A stretch of DNA of 64,000 nt from NCBI GenBank assembly GCA_937906995.1, contig CALESB010000019.1:5993-69992 (forward strand). The letters run 5' to 3'. A program made the position numbers and the translations under genes. Each line of letters opens with the position of its first letter. The first letter of the stretch is position 1. The stretch comes from an uncultured Sutterella sp. Lineage in GTDB: Bacteria > Pseudomonadota > Gammaproteobacteria > Burkholderiales > Burkholderiaceae_F. Below the pieces are notes generated by a model. It was not told the DNA's origin. It worked only from the letters and a program-made list of their open reading frames with translations, and did no database searches. Shown one piece after another: positions 8,122 to 18,060 of the stretch.

Positions 8122-9252
8122 ATGGCTCGCTATCGGAAAATTGATCCTCGTATTTGGAACGATTCGAAGTTTGCCTCTTTGAGTCATGAAGGGCAGAGAT
8201 TGTTTTTATACATTCTTACTCACCCCTCTATGACATCTCTCGGCGCATTTCGCTCTTCAAGACTTGGGCTGCTAGAAGAGTTGGGATTGGATCCGAAAGA
8301 GTTTGGCGAAGCCTTTGACGAACCCTTAAGAAAGGGTTTGTTTAAGTACGACCCAAATGCTTGTTTGATATTTGCCCCTAACTTTCTGAAATACAACCCG
8401 CCTGAAAACCCCAATGTCGTGACTGGGTGGGCTGGCGCTCTAGATTTAATCCCAGAGTGTTCGTTGAAACTTGAGGTTTTGTTGAAGGCCGAAGAGTGCG
8501 TGAATGCAGGGAAAGACGGGGTTCAAAGGGCTTTTGCCAAGTCATTCTCAAGTGTTCTAGAAACTCTTTCGAAAGAGTTTGCCGAACCCTTCGAAAAGAG
8601 TTTGCCAATACAGGAACAGAAACAGGAACAGTATATAAACACTAACAAACAACATACACAGGTATGTAACGAAGGTAGTGCAGCCGACGATGGTGTTTGT
8701 TCTGATTGTTTTGATGAAGGCTCTTTTGATCCGGACGAGATCATTGATGCTCCGATCAAGGTTCAAGCTGCACAAGCACAACTCGAGCACTTCGACTCTG
8801 TGGCTGATGATCAACCATTGTCACTTGCTCAACTCATTACAGGGTGTAAGCAGTTGGGGATCAAGCTCAGTCATACAACCAAAACCGAGGCTATAGCCAG
8901 TCGCGAAACGATCACAAAGGAAGTCTTACGCGAATGCGCCAAGGCTTGGAAGGGAACGAACACGGGTACTGGTTACTTCGTTGGGATCCTTGAGAACGCC
9001 TCTAAGGACGTGAACACGGTTATGCCACGCGAAAAGCGAGAACTTGGACCGGACACGATCACAGATAAGCAAGCTAGCTTCTTTGCATCCAAGCTCGTTA
9101 GAGACTCTGGCTTTTGCTCGAAGTTCGGCAAGGGCTATCAAGACTACAACGTGTTTGCCTCGAAGGTGGCTGCAAACATTCGCAACCCACGGCACTTTGA
9201 TGAGTACAAGCCGTACATGGAAAGAATCGGACTTTTGGGAGGTGAGCAATGA
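8122..9252 (+). CDS. Phage replication initiator protein
   Basis: MARYRKIDPRIWND N-terminus, position after cro, internal iteron-like repeats. Confidence 0.75.
   Translation: MARYRKIDPRIWNDSKFASLSHEGQRLFLYILTHPSMTSLGAFRSSRLGLLEELGLDPKEFGEAFDEPLRKGLFKYDPNACLIFAPNFLKYNPPENPNVVTGWAGALDLIPECSLKLEVLLKAEECVNAGKDGVQRAFAKSFSSVLETLSKEFAEPFEKSLPIQEQKQEQYINTNKQHTQVCNEGSAADDGVCSDCFDEGSFDPDEIIDAPIKVQAAQAQLEHFDSVADDQPLSLAQLITGCKQLGIKLSHTTKTEAIASRETITKEVLRECAKAWKGTNTGTGYFVGILENASKDVNTVMPREKRELGPDTITDKQASFFASKLVRDSGFCSKFGKGYQDYNVFASKVAANIRNPRHFDEYKPYMERIGLLGGEQ
8296..8608. repeat. Putative replication origin iterons
   Basis: Perfect palindrome AAACTCTTTCGAAAGAGTTT at 8561-8580 and related AAAG(A/G)GTTTG copies at 8296, 8331 and ~8595. 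Confidence 0.6.
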
Positions 9253-9623
9253 GCGATCCGTTTGATGATGCAATTCGAGCAGCAAGAACTGCGAACGTTC
9301 CAGTAGACGCTTGGGCATACAGAGCCATGATCAAGGAAGCGTACGGCTTCTCAATCCCTGCCTTTGTCAAGAACTCTTGGCGCAAGGCTTTGGGCAAGGA
9401 TCCGTCTTACAACTTCGAGGATTCGCGTGGAGTTTTTCCGCTTGATGACGCTCCGGATCAACGCACGTCGATTTACCACGATTGCCAAAAGCTCTTTGGT
9501 CCCGATTATGAAGCTAAGCACGGCTTCGAGCTCAAGTACGACAAAGAGCTTGCGTACAAAAAATACAACTCAAGTCCGTTGCGATACGACGGATGGGGAA
9601 ATGCAGTAAGGAGTGAAGCATGA
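9249..9623 (+). CDS. Phage hypothetical protein
   Basis: ATGA-coupled to replication gene. Confidence 0.65.
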   Translation: MSDPFDDAIRAARTANVPVDAWAYRAMIKEAYGFSIPAFVKNSWRKALGKDPSYNFEDSRGVFPLDDAPDQRTSIYHDCQKLFGPDYEAKHGFELKYDKELAYKKYNSSPLRYDGWGNAVRSEA

Positions 9624-10042
9624 GTTACACAGGTTTTGATGCTAGTTTGAGCCAGAAGGCAAAGAGCAATCTGAAGGTGGCTTTTTCAAAAGATGAAAAA
9701 GGCTTCTCAGTGCGTTTAAACGTCTCGCCCAATGGTAAGTCATCAAAAGTCGAAGAGGAATTCAGGAAGTGTGTTTCTCGTTTGTTTAAACAACATCGTG
9801 ATCAGCGGTTGGTTGTTAAAAATGCAACGGTTGAAATTGATCTCCACTCTTTTGACACCATGTTTGATTTCACTAATACGCATTTGAACTCATATTTTTT
9901 TAGAAAACTTCTGGAAGATATGGGCTTTGAAAGGACGGGTATCGTAATTCGTCACGTTAAGGATAAGGAAGTCTTTATCAACGTAGAGTGCAGGTTTACC
10001 GAGGCTTCTCCATTGGATTTTCTGTACCAAGAGGGGGAATAG
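9620..10042 (+). CDS. Phage hypothetical protein
   Basis: ATGA-coupled ORF. Confidence 0.65.
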   Translation: MSYTGFDASLSQKAKSNLKVAFSKDEKGFSVRLNVSPNGKSSKVEEEFRKCVSRLFKQHRDQRLVVKNATVEIDLHSFDTMFDFTNTHLNSYFFRKLLEDMGFERTGIVIRHVKDKEVFINVECRFTEASPLDFLYQEGE

Positions 10043-10045
10043 CCT

Positions 10046-10471
10046 ATGGATTTTTCAGAAGATCCACGACGCGCCCAGATCGAGCCAATGCACGAGTTTA
10101 TGCAAATGTGGGCTCGATGGGGTCGATATTACCCGATAAGACAAGAATCGATGACTTACAAAATCATGTGCTGGGTTCGGGATCACTCAAGGCAAGTGGC
10201 GGAAATTCGTGAGGGCATAGTGATTGGACAGCCAATTCACTGTAGTGATGATGATTGTGAAAAGATCGCTTGGAAGGTTGAACACTATATGATTCTCATG
10301 GGGAATGAGGGCTACAAACGAGAAAGAGAAATTTTAAGAATTTATTACTTGAAAAGCCATCCCGCTCTACCAATTGGAAAATTGGCCAAAATGATGGAGT
10401 GCAAACCATGGCAAGTTGAACAAATGGTAAAAGAGGCTCTTTACCGACTCTCTACAATTTGGAGTGATTGA
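10046..10471 (+). CDS. Putative Q-like late antiterminator/regulator
   Basis: WARW N-terminus, C-terminal sigma4-like HTH; directly followed by a strong promoter and terminators. Confidence 0.6.
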   Translation: MDFSEDPRRAQIEPMHEFMQMWARWGRYYPIRQESMTYKIMCWVRDHSRQVAEIREGIVIGQPIHCSDDDCEKIAWKVEHYMILMGNEGYKREREILRIYYLKSHPALPIGKLAKMMECKPWQVEQMVKEALYRLSTIWSD

Positions 10472-10478
10472 CTTGTTA

Positions 10479-10506
10479 TTGACATCGCAAACCTTTTCAC
10501 TACAAT
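10479..10506 (+). promoter_or_regulatory. Late promoter (PR'-like)
   Basis: TTGACA-16bp-TACAAT. Confidence 0.65.
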
Positions 10507-10600
10507 GTAAATAACAATTTGAGAAGCGTTTCGTTCCTTAAGGTTCGTCTACTGAGCACCCATATGGGTGCTTTGTCGTGCCCGGAAGAAACGTAAAGAT

Positions 10601-10630
10601 GAGCTCACGGTAAAACGTGGGCTTTTTTTT
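10601..10630 (+). terminator. tR'-like intrinsic terminator
   Basis: GAGCTCACG-GTAAAA-CGTGGGCTTTTTTTT. Confidence 0.7.
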
Positions 10631-10718
10631 GTTGAACTTTAACTCTCAAAAGACAAAACCCGAAGGTGTTCGTAGCATCCTCGGGTTTTTTGTAATCAAA
10701 TCATGACTTTGATCACAT

Positions 10719-10886
10719 ATGGACATTTTACCAAATTTTGATATTGGGGCCTTTATGTCGAATCCTGATTTACCAATTTATGGACAAATTTTTGCATATG
10801 GGATTGGATTTGCGGGTATTGGTGTCGGCTTGAAGCAAATAGTGTCGGCTATTGCTCAGTTTTTAGAATTACTCAAAAAGTATTGA
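10719..10886 (+). CDS. Small hydrophobic peptide (55 aa), candidate type I toxin or membrane moron
   Basis: Manual translation MDILPNFDIGAFMSNPDLPIYGQIFAYGIGFAGIGVGLKQIVSAIAQFLELLKKY; not in ORF track. Confidence 0.45.
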   Translation: MDILPNFDIGAFMSNPDLPIYGQIFAYGIGFAGIGVGLKQIVSAIAQFLELLKKY

Positions 10887-10894
10887 TTGCGTTT

Positions 10895-11332
10895 ATGTCC
10901 AGAATCCATTTCATTGTTCCGATAGATCCTTTTGGCAAAGCTCGCCCTCGGTTTTCAAGTGCTGGTGGTCACGCAGTGGCTTACACGCCGAAGAAGACTC
11001 GAGAAGGGGAACGGCTTGTTAGGTTCCACGCAAGGCAGGCAATGGGAAAGAGATACCCCTTTGCAAGAGGTGTTCCGTTGTCTGTTGAAATTGTGGCCAA
11101 CTTCCCGATTCCTAAAAGCTATACGAAGAAGCGCCACTTTGACTGCGTTAATAAAGACGAATTGCCTACCAAGAAAATCGATATTGACAACATCTGTAAA
11201 GGTGTTCTTGATGCGATGAACGAGGCCGTTTTTTGGGACGATGCGCAAGTTGTCAAACTTGTTGCAAAGAAGCAATACGTGGAAGGGGCCGGGTCAATCG
11301 AGGTCACTTGTACAACTTTGGTGGACGATTAA
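10895..11332 (+). CDS. rusA: RusA-family Holliday junction resolvase
   Basis: KARPRF, DIDNICKGVLDAMN and WDDAQV motifs. Confidence 0.9.
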   Translation: MSRIHFIVPIDPFGKARPRFSSAGGHAVAYTPKKTREGERLVRFHARQAMGKRYPFARGVPLSVEIVANFPIPKSYTKKRHFDCVNKDELPTKKIDIDNICKGVLDAMNEAVFWDDAQVVKLVAKKQYVEGAGSIEVTCTTLVDD

Positions 11333-11334
11333 TT

Positions 11335-11742
11335 ATGTCTCTCAAGAAACTCTGTGCTTATCCAGGATGCTTTCGTCCTACTGACATTGGCGAGAAGTAT
11401 TGCTCACTACACAGAGCGAAAGGTAAGGCGCATGATGAGCAAGTAAGACAAAAGCGCTTGAATGCTTTCCGAAAGCCTTCTAGATCCTCAACTCAGTTAG
11501 GTTACGGCTATCGATGGCAGAAGCTACGCAATAGATTTATTGCGCAACATCCTTACTGTGAAGAATGCATGAAGCGTGGAGTTTTGACGATGGCAACCGA
11601 TGTTGACCACATCAAACCGCATCTCGGAGATCCACGCTTACTTTACGATGAAGAAAACCTCCAGTCACTCTGTAAGTCTTGTCACTCTAGAAAGACTGTG
11701 AAAGAGGATGGAGGCTTTGGGAATAGGAGTAAAAATGCGTAA
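11335..11742 (+). CDS. HNH endonuclease (packaging-associated)
   Basis: CEEC..VDHIKPH..NLQSLCKSCHSRKT; upstream of terminase. Confidence 0.9.
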   Translation: MSLKKLCAYPGCFRPTDIGEKYCSLHRAKGKAHDEQVRQKRLNAFRKPSRSSTQLGYGYRWQKLRNRFIAQHPYCEECMKRGVLTMATDVDHIKPHLGDPRLLYDEENLQSLCKSCHSRKTVKEDGGFGNRSKNA

Positions 11743-12004
11743 CGTATTAGTGCCACAGTACATTTCAGTTGGACTAACTGGAGAGAACTCGGAGTTAGAA
11801 CTTTGGATTTGTACGTCGCAACAAGCATTTTCTGCTTGTGTGGATGGGGAGATTGTGTGTTTTAAAGCATCAAATACTCAGCGCTACTACCGCGGACAAT
11901 TACTCAAAGTTTTTAAAAAAGTTCACCTAACAGAGAAGGAAGATTCTCAAGCCCTTTATCCAAGAGTTTTTCTAGCAGGTTTTTGGCGGCTTCAATTGGA
12001 ATAG
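11735..12004 (+). CDS. Phage hypothetical protein
   Basis: GGAG RBS and overlap with HNH stop. Confidence 0.45.
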   Translation: MRNVLVPQYISVGLTGENSELELWICTSQQAFSACVDGEIVCFKASNTQRYYRGQLLKVFKKVHLTEKEDSQALYPRVFLAGFWRLQLE

Positions 12005-12019
12005 ATTTGATCTTATCAA

Positions 12020-12110
12020 GGGTTGTTGGGGGTAGGGGGAATCCAAAGTAAAACGGCACCCCCCTCTAGAACGCGGCTTTATCCAATTTTTTATACGTGC
12101 AAAATGTGGA
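12020..12110. other. Probable cos packaging region
   Basis: G-run/C-run intergenic tract (GGGGGTAGGGGGA...CCCCCCT) between HNH and terS, as in HK97-like cos phages. Confidence 0.45.
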
Positions 12111-12119
12111 GTTTTGAAA

Positions 12120-12587
12120 ATGGCTGGTAGGCCGAGAAAGTCTGACACTGAAAAGCGAGCAACAGGAACTCTCCAGCCATGTAGATCCTCTAGCAAAGAG
12201 TCGGTCATTGCGTCTAATTTTGCCTTGACGGAAACTCCTCCAGTTGGGTTGACGAAGGACGCAAGAGCGGCTTGGAAAATGGCGATTGCCTGTGCTCCCA
12301 AGGGTTTGCTGACAGCGACAGACCTTTCAGTGCTTGAGCGATGGGCTCGAAATTATGCGCTTTATAGGAAGATCAGCAAGCAACTGGATAACGAGGGGTT
12401 ATGCATTACGATTTATGGTAAAGAGGGGCAAGAGTCACTTGCAGTTAACCCACTATTTACCATGTCTATGAAGCTACAACAGGTGCTTTCTCTGTGTGAA
12501 AAAGAGCTTGGATTTACACCTGTCTCGCGCGCGCGGGTGAAGGTTGAGCAAGAAGAAGAGGCTGAAAACGAATTCGATGGTTTCTAA
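12120..12587 (+). CDS. terS: Terminase small subunit (P27 family)
   Basis: MAGRPRK start; VNPL..ELGFTPVSRARV motif. Confidence 0.9.
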   Translation: MAGRPRKSDTEKRATGTLQPCRSSSKESVIASNFALTETPPVGLTKDARAAWKMAIACAPKGLLTATDLSVLERWARNYALYRKISKQLDNEGLCITIYGKEGQESLAVNPLFTMSMKLQQVLSLCEKELGFTPVSRARVKVEQEEEAENEFDGF

Positions 12588-14277
12588 ACGAGATTACATA
12601 AGCATCGCTAACAGGTATGCCGATGACGTTTTGACGGGAAAAATCTCTGCTTGTAAGTGGGTAAAACAGTCAATACGTCGGAACTTGAGAGATTTAGAGC
12701 GCTACGAGAAATCGGGCGCTTTTTATTTTGACGAGAAACAGGCTACACGAGTTTGTAAGTTTATAGAGCTTTTGACACATACTAAGGGGTCTTTGGCTGG
12801 TCAAAAGATTCGTTTAGAGCCATGGCAGGTGTGGATCCTGACAACCATCTTTGGGTGGAGACGCAGATCCGACAACGGTAGACGCTTCCGCCGTGTTTAT
12901 ATCGAGGTGCCTCGAGGGAATGGTAAGTCATGCCTATCTTCTGGGATTGGTTTGTATTGCCTACTTGCTGACAAAGAACCAGGGGCTGAGGTTTACTCGT
13001 TTGCTACAACTCGAGATCAGGCAAAGATTGTTTTTGGTGATGCCAAACAAATGGCTGCAACTAATGCGCCACTTCGCCAACAGTTCGGTTTAGAAGTTTT
13101 GGCCAATGCGCTTTATGTGCAAAAGACAAACTCGACTTTCCAAGCAAAGTCAGCTGAAGGCTCAACCTTGGATGGTTTGAATACTCATTTTGCATGTATT
13201 GACGAGTTGCACGCACATAAGACTCGTGCAGTCTATGACGTTGTAGAAACCTCTTTGGGTAAGCGCCTTAACTCTTTGTTATGGGTGATTACTACAGCGG
13301 GCTTTGACACGTCGGGTATTTGCTATGAAGTGCGAGCTATGGTTTGCAAAGTACTTGATGGCAATGCAACCGATGAAACACAGTTTGGGATCATCTTTAG
13401 CATAGATCCCGAAGATGACTGGACAACCGAAGAAGCCTTAATTAAGGCCAATCCCAACTGGGGAGTGTCGGTTCGACCAGAGATGATCGTTAGTTTGCAA
13501 CAAAAGGCAATCACGCTTCCTAGTGCCGAGAACAATTTCAAGACTAAACATTTGAACGTGTGGTGTAACGCATCTAGTGCTTGGATGTCTTTACCTGCGT
13601 GGGATAAGTGTGCTGATTTGTCGCTTTCTTTAGAAGACTTTGAGGCACAACCTTGCGTCATTGGGCTCGACTTGGGGGCTAAAAACGACATTACGGCAAA
13701 GATGCGAGTCTTTCCTATCGAAGATGAGGATGGGAAAAAGCGCTTTGCGGTGTTTGGTGATTATTACTTGCCAGAGAATGCCGTTCAAAAGACGACGAAT
13801 TCTCAGTACCAAGGGTGGGTAAATGAGGGGTTATTGCACGTTACAACGGGTGCAATGACAGACTTAAACATCATTGAAGAAGATATCCGTGACGATTTGT
13901 CACGTTTTGATGTTCAAGCAATTGCCTATGACCCATGGCAAGCCATTCAGTTGGCGAGTGCCTTAAATAACGATGGTGCTCCCATGGTGGAGTACCGAAA
14001 CACGGTTCAAAACCTTAGCGAACCGATGAAAACACTTGAGGCTTTAGTTCAAGATGGCCGAATTATCCATAACGGAGATCCCATTCTGCGTTGGATGATG
14101 GCCAATGTAGTAGCTCGAGTTGATGCTAAGGACAACATTTATCCTCGGAAAGAACGACCAGAAAACAAGATCGACGGGGTCGTTGCTTTGCTTTATGCAT
14201 TAGCAATGTGCTTGAGTGATCTTGATGACGGAAAGGGCGATTTTTCTGAGTTCATTGATGACTTTATTGTGGTGTAG
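12577..14277 (+). CDS. terL: Terminase large subunit
   Basis: LEPWQ, PRGNGKS Walker A, IDELHAH, GLDL and KIDGVVA motifs. Confidence 0.96.
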   Translation: MVSKRDYISIANRYADDVLTGKISACKWVKQSIRRNLRDLERYEKSGAFYFDEKQATRVCKFIELLTHTKGSLAGQKIRLEPWQVWILTTIFGWRRRSDNGRRFRRVYIEVPRGNGKSCLSSGIGLYCLLADKEPGAEVYSFATTRDQAKIVFGDAKQMAATNAPLRQQFGLEVLANALYVQKTNSTFQAKSAEGSTLDGLNTHFACIDELHAHKTRAVYDVVETSLGKRLNSLLWVITTAGFDTSGICYEVRAMVCKVLDGNATDETQFGIIFSIDPEDDWTTEEALIKANPNWGVSVRPEMIVSLQQKAITLPSAENNFKTKHLNVWCNASSAWMSLPAWDKCADLSLSLEDFEAQPCVIGLDLGAKNDITAKMRVFPIEDEDGKKRFAVFGDYYLPENAVQKTTNSQYQGWVNEGLLHVTTGAMTDLNIIEEDIRDDLSRFDVQAIAYDPWQAIQLASALNNDGAPMVEYRNTVQNLSEPMKTLEALVQDGRIIHNGDPILRWMMANVVARVDAKDNIYPRKERPENKIDGVVALLYALAMCLSDLDDGKGDFSEFIDDFIVV

Positions 14278-14279
14278 CA

Positions 14280-15503
14280 ATGAATTTTGTAAGACGTTTT
14301 GCGTCTTGGGTCGGCTGGGGTGGTGTGCTGACTGACAAATCAGGACAACAACTGGCAACACCGTCTCAGTTGACGGCACGTCCAACGTCTCCCGATGGCG
14401 CTCTTCAAATATCAACGGTTTACGCTTGTGCGCGTCTTTTGGCAGGCACTGTCAGTAGCTTACCTTTGATGTTGTACAAAAATGACAACGGGAAACGGAC
14501 TCTCGATCGGGACTCACAGCTTTGGCTTGTGCTCCACGAGCAACCCAATGATCAAATGACACCGGCGGATTTTTGGCAGGCCATGATTGTTCAATGGTGC
14601 CTAAGGGGAAACGCGTTTGCACAAATCATGCGTGATTCGTCAGGGGATGTTGTGTCGTTGTGGCCAATGTCTGCCGATCAAATGACCGTCTATACCAACA
14701 AAGGCAAGGTTGCTTATGAGTACGAAAAAGACGGCAAAACTTATCGATTGGGTCGAAACGATATTCTCCACATTAAAGACATTGGTACGGGGTTAATGGG
14801 CTTTTCAAAGCTCGAATTCATGTCGGCATCGGTGTTAGAAGCTAGCCAAACACAGCGTTATGCCACAGCTAATGCAGAAAACTTTGGTAAACCATCAGGC
14901 GTTTTGACTGTAGATCATGTCATCAAAAAGGATTATCGAGATAAGTTACGCAACTCTCTCTTTGATTTCAAAGAAGGTGGAGCGGCAAAGCTTGCGGTAC
15001 TTGAAGCTGATATGAAGTTTCAACAGATCAGCCTAACACCTGAACAGAGCCAACTCCTAGAAACGCGCAAATACGGTACCGAGGAGATTTGTCGATGGTT
15101 TGGCGTTCCTCCAGTACTGATTGGCGCTACAGGCGCTACTACATGGGGTTCTGGGATCTATGAGATTGTTTCGGGTTTCCATAAGTTCACCCTCAACCCT
15201 CTTTTAAAGAGCATTGAGCAGTCTTTGATGTCTCGTGTGCTAACGGAGAGTCAAAGAGGGAAGTACACCATCGAATTTAATCTCGATGCTTTATTACGGG
15301 GCGATATTCAAGCACGTTATAACGCTTATGCAACCGCTGTGCAGAACGGATTTAAGACACGTAACGAGGTTAGACAGTTGGAAAACGATGAACCTATTGA
15401 AGGTGCAGATGTTTTGACAGCACAAACGAACTTGGCTCCTTTAGACAAGTTAGGTCAGATTGCGACCCCGTCTCAAAAAGACATCAAGGTGACAAAACAA
15501 TGA
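14280..15503 (+). CDS. HK97-family portal protein
   Basis: RGNAFA, ICRWFGVPP and TRNEVRQLEN motifs. Confidence 0.95.
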   Translation: MNFVRRFASWVGWGGVLTDKSGQQLATPSQLTARPTSPDGALQISTVYACARLLAGTVSSLPLMLYKNDNGKRTLDRDSQLWLVLHEQPNDQMTPADFWQAMIVQWCLRGNAFAQIMRDSSGDVVSLWPMSADQMTVYTNKGKVAYEYEKDGKTYRLGRNDILHIKDIGTGLMGFSKLEFMSASVLEASQTQRYATANAENFGKPSGVLTVDHVIKKDYRDKLRNSLFDFKEGGAAKLAVLEADMKFQQISLTPEQSQLLETRKYGTEEICRWFGVPPVLIGATGATTWGSGIYEIVSGFHKFTLNPLLKSIEQSLMSRVLTESQRGKYTIEFNLDALLRGDIQARYNAYATAVQNGFKTRNEVRQLENDEPIEGADVLTAQTNLAPLDKLGQIATPSQKDIKVTKQ

Positions 15504-16204
15504 CGAAAAAGATTATTTCAACGCCTCTTCAGTTTGCACAATTGAGTGCTGGAGAGGATGGCGATCAGTGGAAAGTTTCGGGTTATGCCACAGTTTTCGA
15601 CAACAAAAACTGCTACGGATTCAAAATTGCTCAAGGCGCTTATGCTGAGTTGATTAAAAAGGGGGTTCAACCTCCGATTTTCTTCAATCATCAAAGCTAC
15701 TCCGTGCCGATCGGCAAGTGGACAACACTAAAAGAAGACAAAGTTGGTCTTTATGTTGAGGGCTTTTTAACTAAGGGCGTGAGTACAGCTTCAGATGTTT
15801 ACCACGCAGTCCAAGCAGGAACCATTGACGGTCTTTCTGTTGGCATTGGTTGGAAGTCGCAAGACACGGAAGAGCATGAGGACGGAACTTTCTCCATTAG
15901 AAAGATTTCGTCTCTTTACGAAATTTCGGTTGTGACTTACCCAGCAGATGGTAAAGCTCGTGTTTTGCAGTGTTTGTCAGCAGATGAGATTGACGAACAG
16001 ATCGAAAAAATCGAAACGTTGAGAGATTTAGAGGCTTTCATTCGTGAAACCTCACAATTATCTAAGCGTCAGTCGGGATGGCTGATGTCAAAGGCAAAAG
16101 CAGTAATTGCCTCAGATACAAGTCGGGATGACTTGCTGAAAGCTCGAGAAAAAGAGCTCACTGCGATGTTCAGCCGCATCGAAAGCGGTATTTCCAACTT
16201 GTAA
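15500..16204 (+). CDS. HK97 prohead protease
   Basis: GYATVF, FNH..PIGKW, GLSVG and EISVVTYPA motifs. Confidence 0.93.
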   Translation: MTKKIISTPLQFAQLSAGEDGDQWKVSGYATVFDNKNCYGFKIAQGAYAELIKKGVQPPIFFNHQSYSVPIGKWTTLKEDKVGLYVEGFLTKGVSTASDVYHAVQAGTIDGLSVGIGWKSQDTEEHEDGTFSIRKISSLYEISVVTYPADGKARVLQCLSADEIDEQIEKIETLRDLEAFIRETSQLSKRQSGWLMSKAKAVIASDTSRDDLLKAREKELTAMFSRIESGISNL

Positions 16205-16221
16205 TCTAAAAAGGTCTAAAA

Positions 16222-17355
16222 ATGGACGAAAAGTTAATCGAATTGGCGAAGAAGATCGAATCTCAAATCGCCATGTTATCTGAACAAAAAGCTAAGGATG
16301 AAAAGTCTAAGGCAGAACTTGAAAAGCAATTAGCTGAACTCGGCGATAAGCAAGCTGAGTTGGGTCGCAAGCTCTTGACGATGCAACAAGAGGCACAAAA
16401 GAAGGGTGCTGATGATGTAGTTAAGTCCTTGGGTATCCAATTTGTTGAGTCCAAGGGTTATGCTGATTTGATGGAAGGCAAGGTCACGAAGGCCACGCTC
16501 GCCGCGATCACAACCCCTGCAGGTTCTGTACAAAAGGACTACAAGGGCATCAAGGGTGCTCCCGAATTGCCTGTGACGGTTGCGACGGCTTTTGCTCACG
16601 TTCCGACGACGAGCAATATGATCAGCTTCTTGCAAGAACAAGCCTTTACCAACTCCGCCGCTGAAACGGCTGAAGGTGCTTCTAAGCCTGACTCTAACAT
16701 CACCTTCAAGGAAGTTGATGCACCGGTGAAGACGATTGCTCACTTTATCCGCATCACTAAGCAACTCGCTGAAGATGCTCCTGCTTTGGCCGCCTACATT
16801 AACTCTCGCATGGGTTACGGTCTTGAACGCCGTATCGAAAAGCAGTTGATCGGTGGCGACGGTGCAGGTGCAAACTTGGCCGGTATTTTCAAGACGGGTA
16901 ACTTCACGGCTCATGGTTTTAACACCACGAATATGCCGAAGGGTTCTACGGAGCTTGACTTGATCCGCCGTTGCGCTTCTTCTATGAGTCAAACCGGTTA
17001 CCGTGCTAACGTCGTGTTCTTGAATCCGATGGACTTCGACACCTTGCGTGGCATGAAGGACAACTCTGGTCAATATTTGATGGGTTCTCCGCTTCAATCT
17101 GGTGAAGATATTCGCCCGTGGGGGTTGCGAGTTGTAGTCTCTCCCGAAATTACTGCAGGTAAGTTCATGGTTGCTGATACGACGATGGGTGCCACGATTT
17201 ATGACCGTACAGCTCCAGTCATTGAGATGTTCGAACAAGATAGCGACAACGTTACGAAGAACTTGTACACGATCCGTGCAGAGTGCCGTTTGGCCTTCTC
17301 TATCGAATCTGTGAACTGCTTCGTTGGCGGTGATCTTGAGATTGGCGCTGAATAA
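16222..17355 (+). CDS. HK97-type major capsid protein
   Basis: Coiled-coil delta domain, EGASKP, KTIAH and IRAECR motifs. Confidence 0.95.
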   Translation: MDEKLIELAKKIESQIAMLSEQKAKDEKSKAELEKQLAELGDKQAELGRKLLTMQQEAQKKGADDVVKSLGIQFVESKGYADLMEGKVTKATLAAITTPAGSVQKDYKGIKGAPELPVTVATAFAHVPTTSNMISFLQEQAFTNSAAETAEGASKPDSNITFKEVDAPVKTIAHFIRITKQLAEDAPALAAYINSRMGYGLERRIEKQLIGGDGAGANLAGIFKTGNFTAHGFNTTNMPKGSTELDLIRRCASSMSQTGYRANVVFLNPMDFDTLRGMKDNSGQYLMGSPLQSGEDIRPWGLRVVVSPEITAGKFMVADTTMGATIYDRTAPVIEMFEQDSDNVTKNLYTIRAECRLAFSIESVNCFVGGDLEIGAE

Positions 17356-17370
17356 CTAGCTAATTGGAAT

Positions 17371-17394
17371 GGGCGGGGTAACTCGCCCTTTTTT
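17371..17394 (+). terminator. Terminator after capsid gene
   Basis: GGGCGGG-GTAA-CTCGCCC-TTTTT. Confidence 0.7.
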
Positions 17395-17398
17395 CTTT

Positions 17399-17704
17399 AT
17401 GTGTGTTGCTTTAGATGTTGTGAAGTCTTATCTGCGTGTTGATCATACAGAGGAAGATGACTTGATCGAGCAATTGATTAAAGCCGCAACTCAAATGGTA
17501 GAGACTAGACTCAAACGTCCAGTGATTGGCGTTGAGGAAAACGCTTTGGCACAAACCATTGAAACTGTACCGGAGTCGGTAAAGATTGCTGTTTGTACGG
17601 CCGTTGCCTTTATGTATGAGAACCGCACTGCGACTGATGAGGAAGTTCGTTCTCGTGTGCTTCGATCAATTCTTTTGGATCAATACATTGACTGGGGTGC
17701 GTAA
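17399..17704 (+). CDS. Head-tail connector (gp6-like)
   Basis: VKSYLRVD..EDDLI..AA and MYENR motifs. Confidence 0.88.
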   Translation: MCVALDVVKSYLRVDHTEEDDLIEQLIKAATQMVETRLKRPVIGVEENALAQTIETVPESVKIAVCTAVAFMYENRTATDEEVRSRVLRSILLDQYIDWGA

Positions 17705-18060
17705 TGATTCTGCCATTGCCTGGTGAATTAAATAGACGAGTTAGCCTCATTAGCGTCAATCACACGCCAACTGGTGACTTTGAATTAAAAGAGAATCGAA
17801 AGGTTGTTGCAACCGTTTGGGCAAAGTTTGAGGTCATCGGTGGTTCTTCGTACTGGGGCTCTGTGAATGTCGAAGAGACGACAACGCATCGAATCTATGT
17901 TCGGTACGTCAATAACTTAACTCGTCCTCAAGACCTTAAAGATCTCGTTGAAGTTGAGTGTGAGGGTATTAATTACTTAGTGAAACGATGCACTGACGTT
18001 AACAACGCTCATCGGTTCACCATGCTTGAAGTCGAGGAAATTCGTAGTGTCGGCGCTTAA
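17704..18060 (+). CDS. Head closure/head-tail adaptor
   Basis: GELNRRV..TVWA motif. Confidence 0.85.
   Translation: MILPLPGELNRRVSLISVNHTPTGDFELKENRKVVATVWAKFEVIGGSSYWGSVNVEETTTHRIYVRYVNNLTRPQDLKDLVEVECEGINYLVKRCTDVNNAHRFTMLEVEEIRSVGA

Noticed and set aside
16330..17238. 302-aa antisense ORF within the capsid gene
   Set aside because: Shadow frame of a codon-biased gene; no motifs
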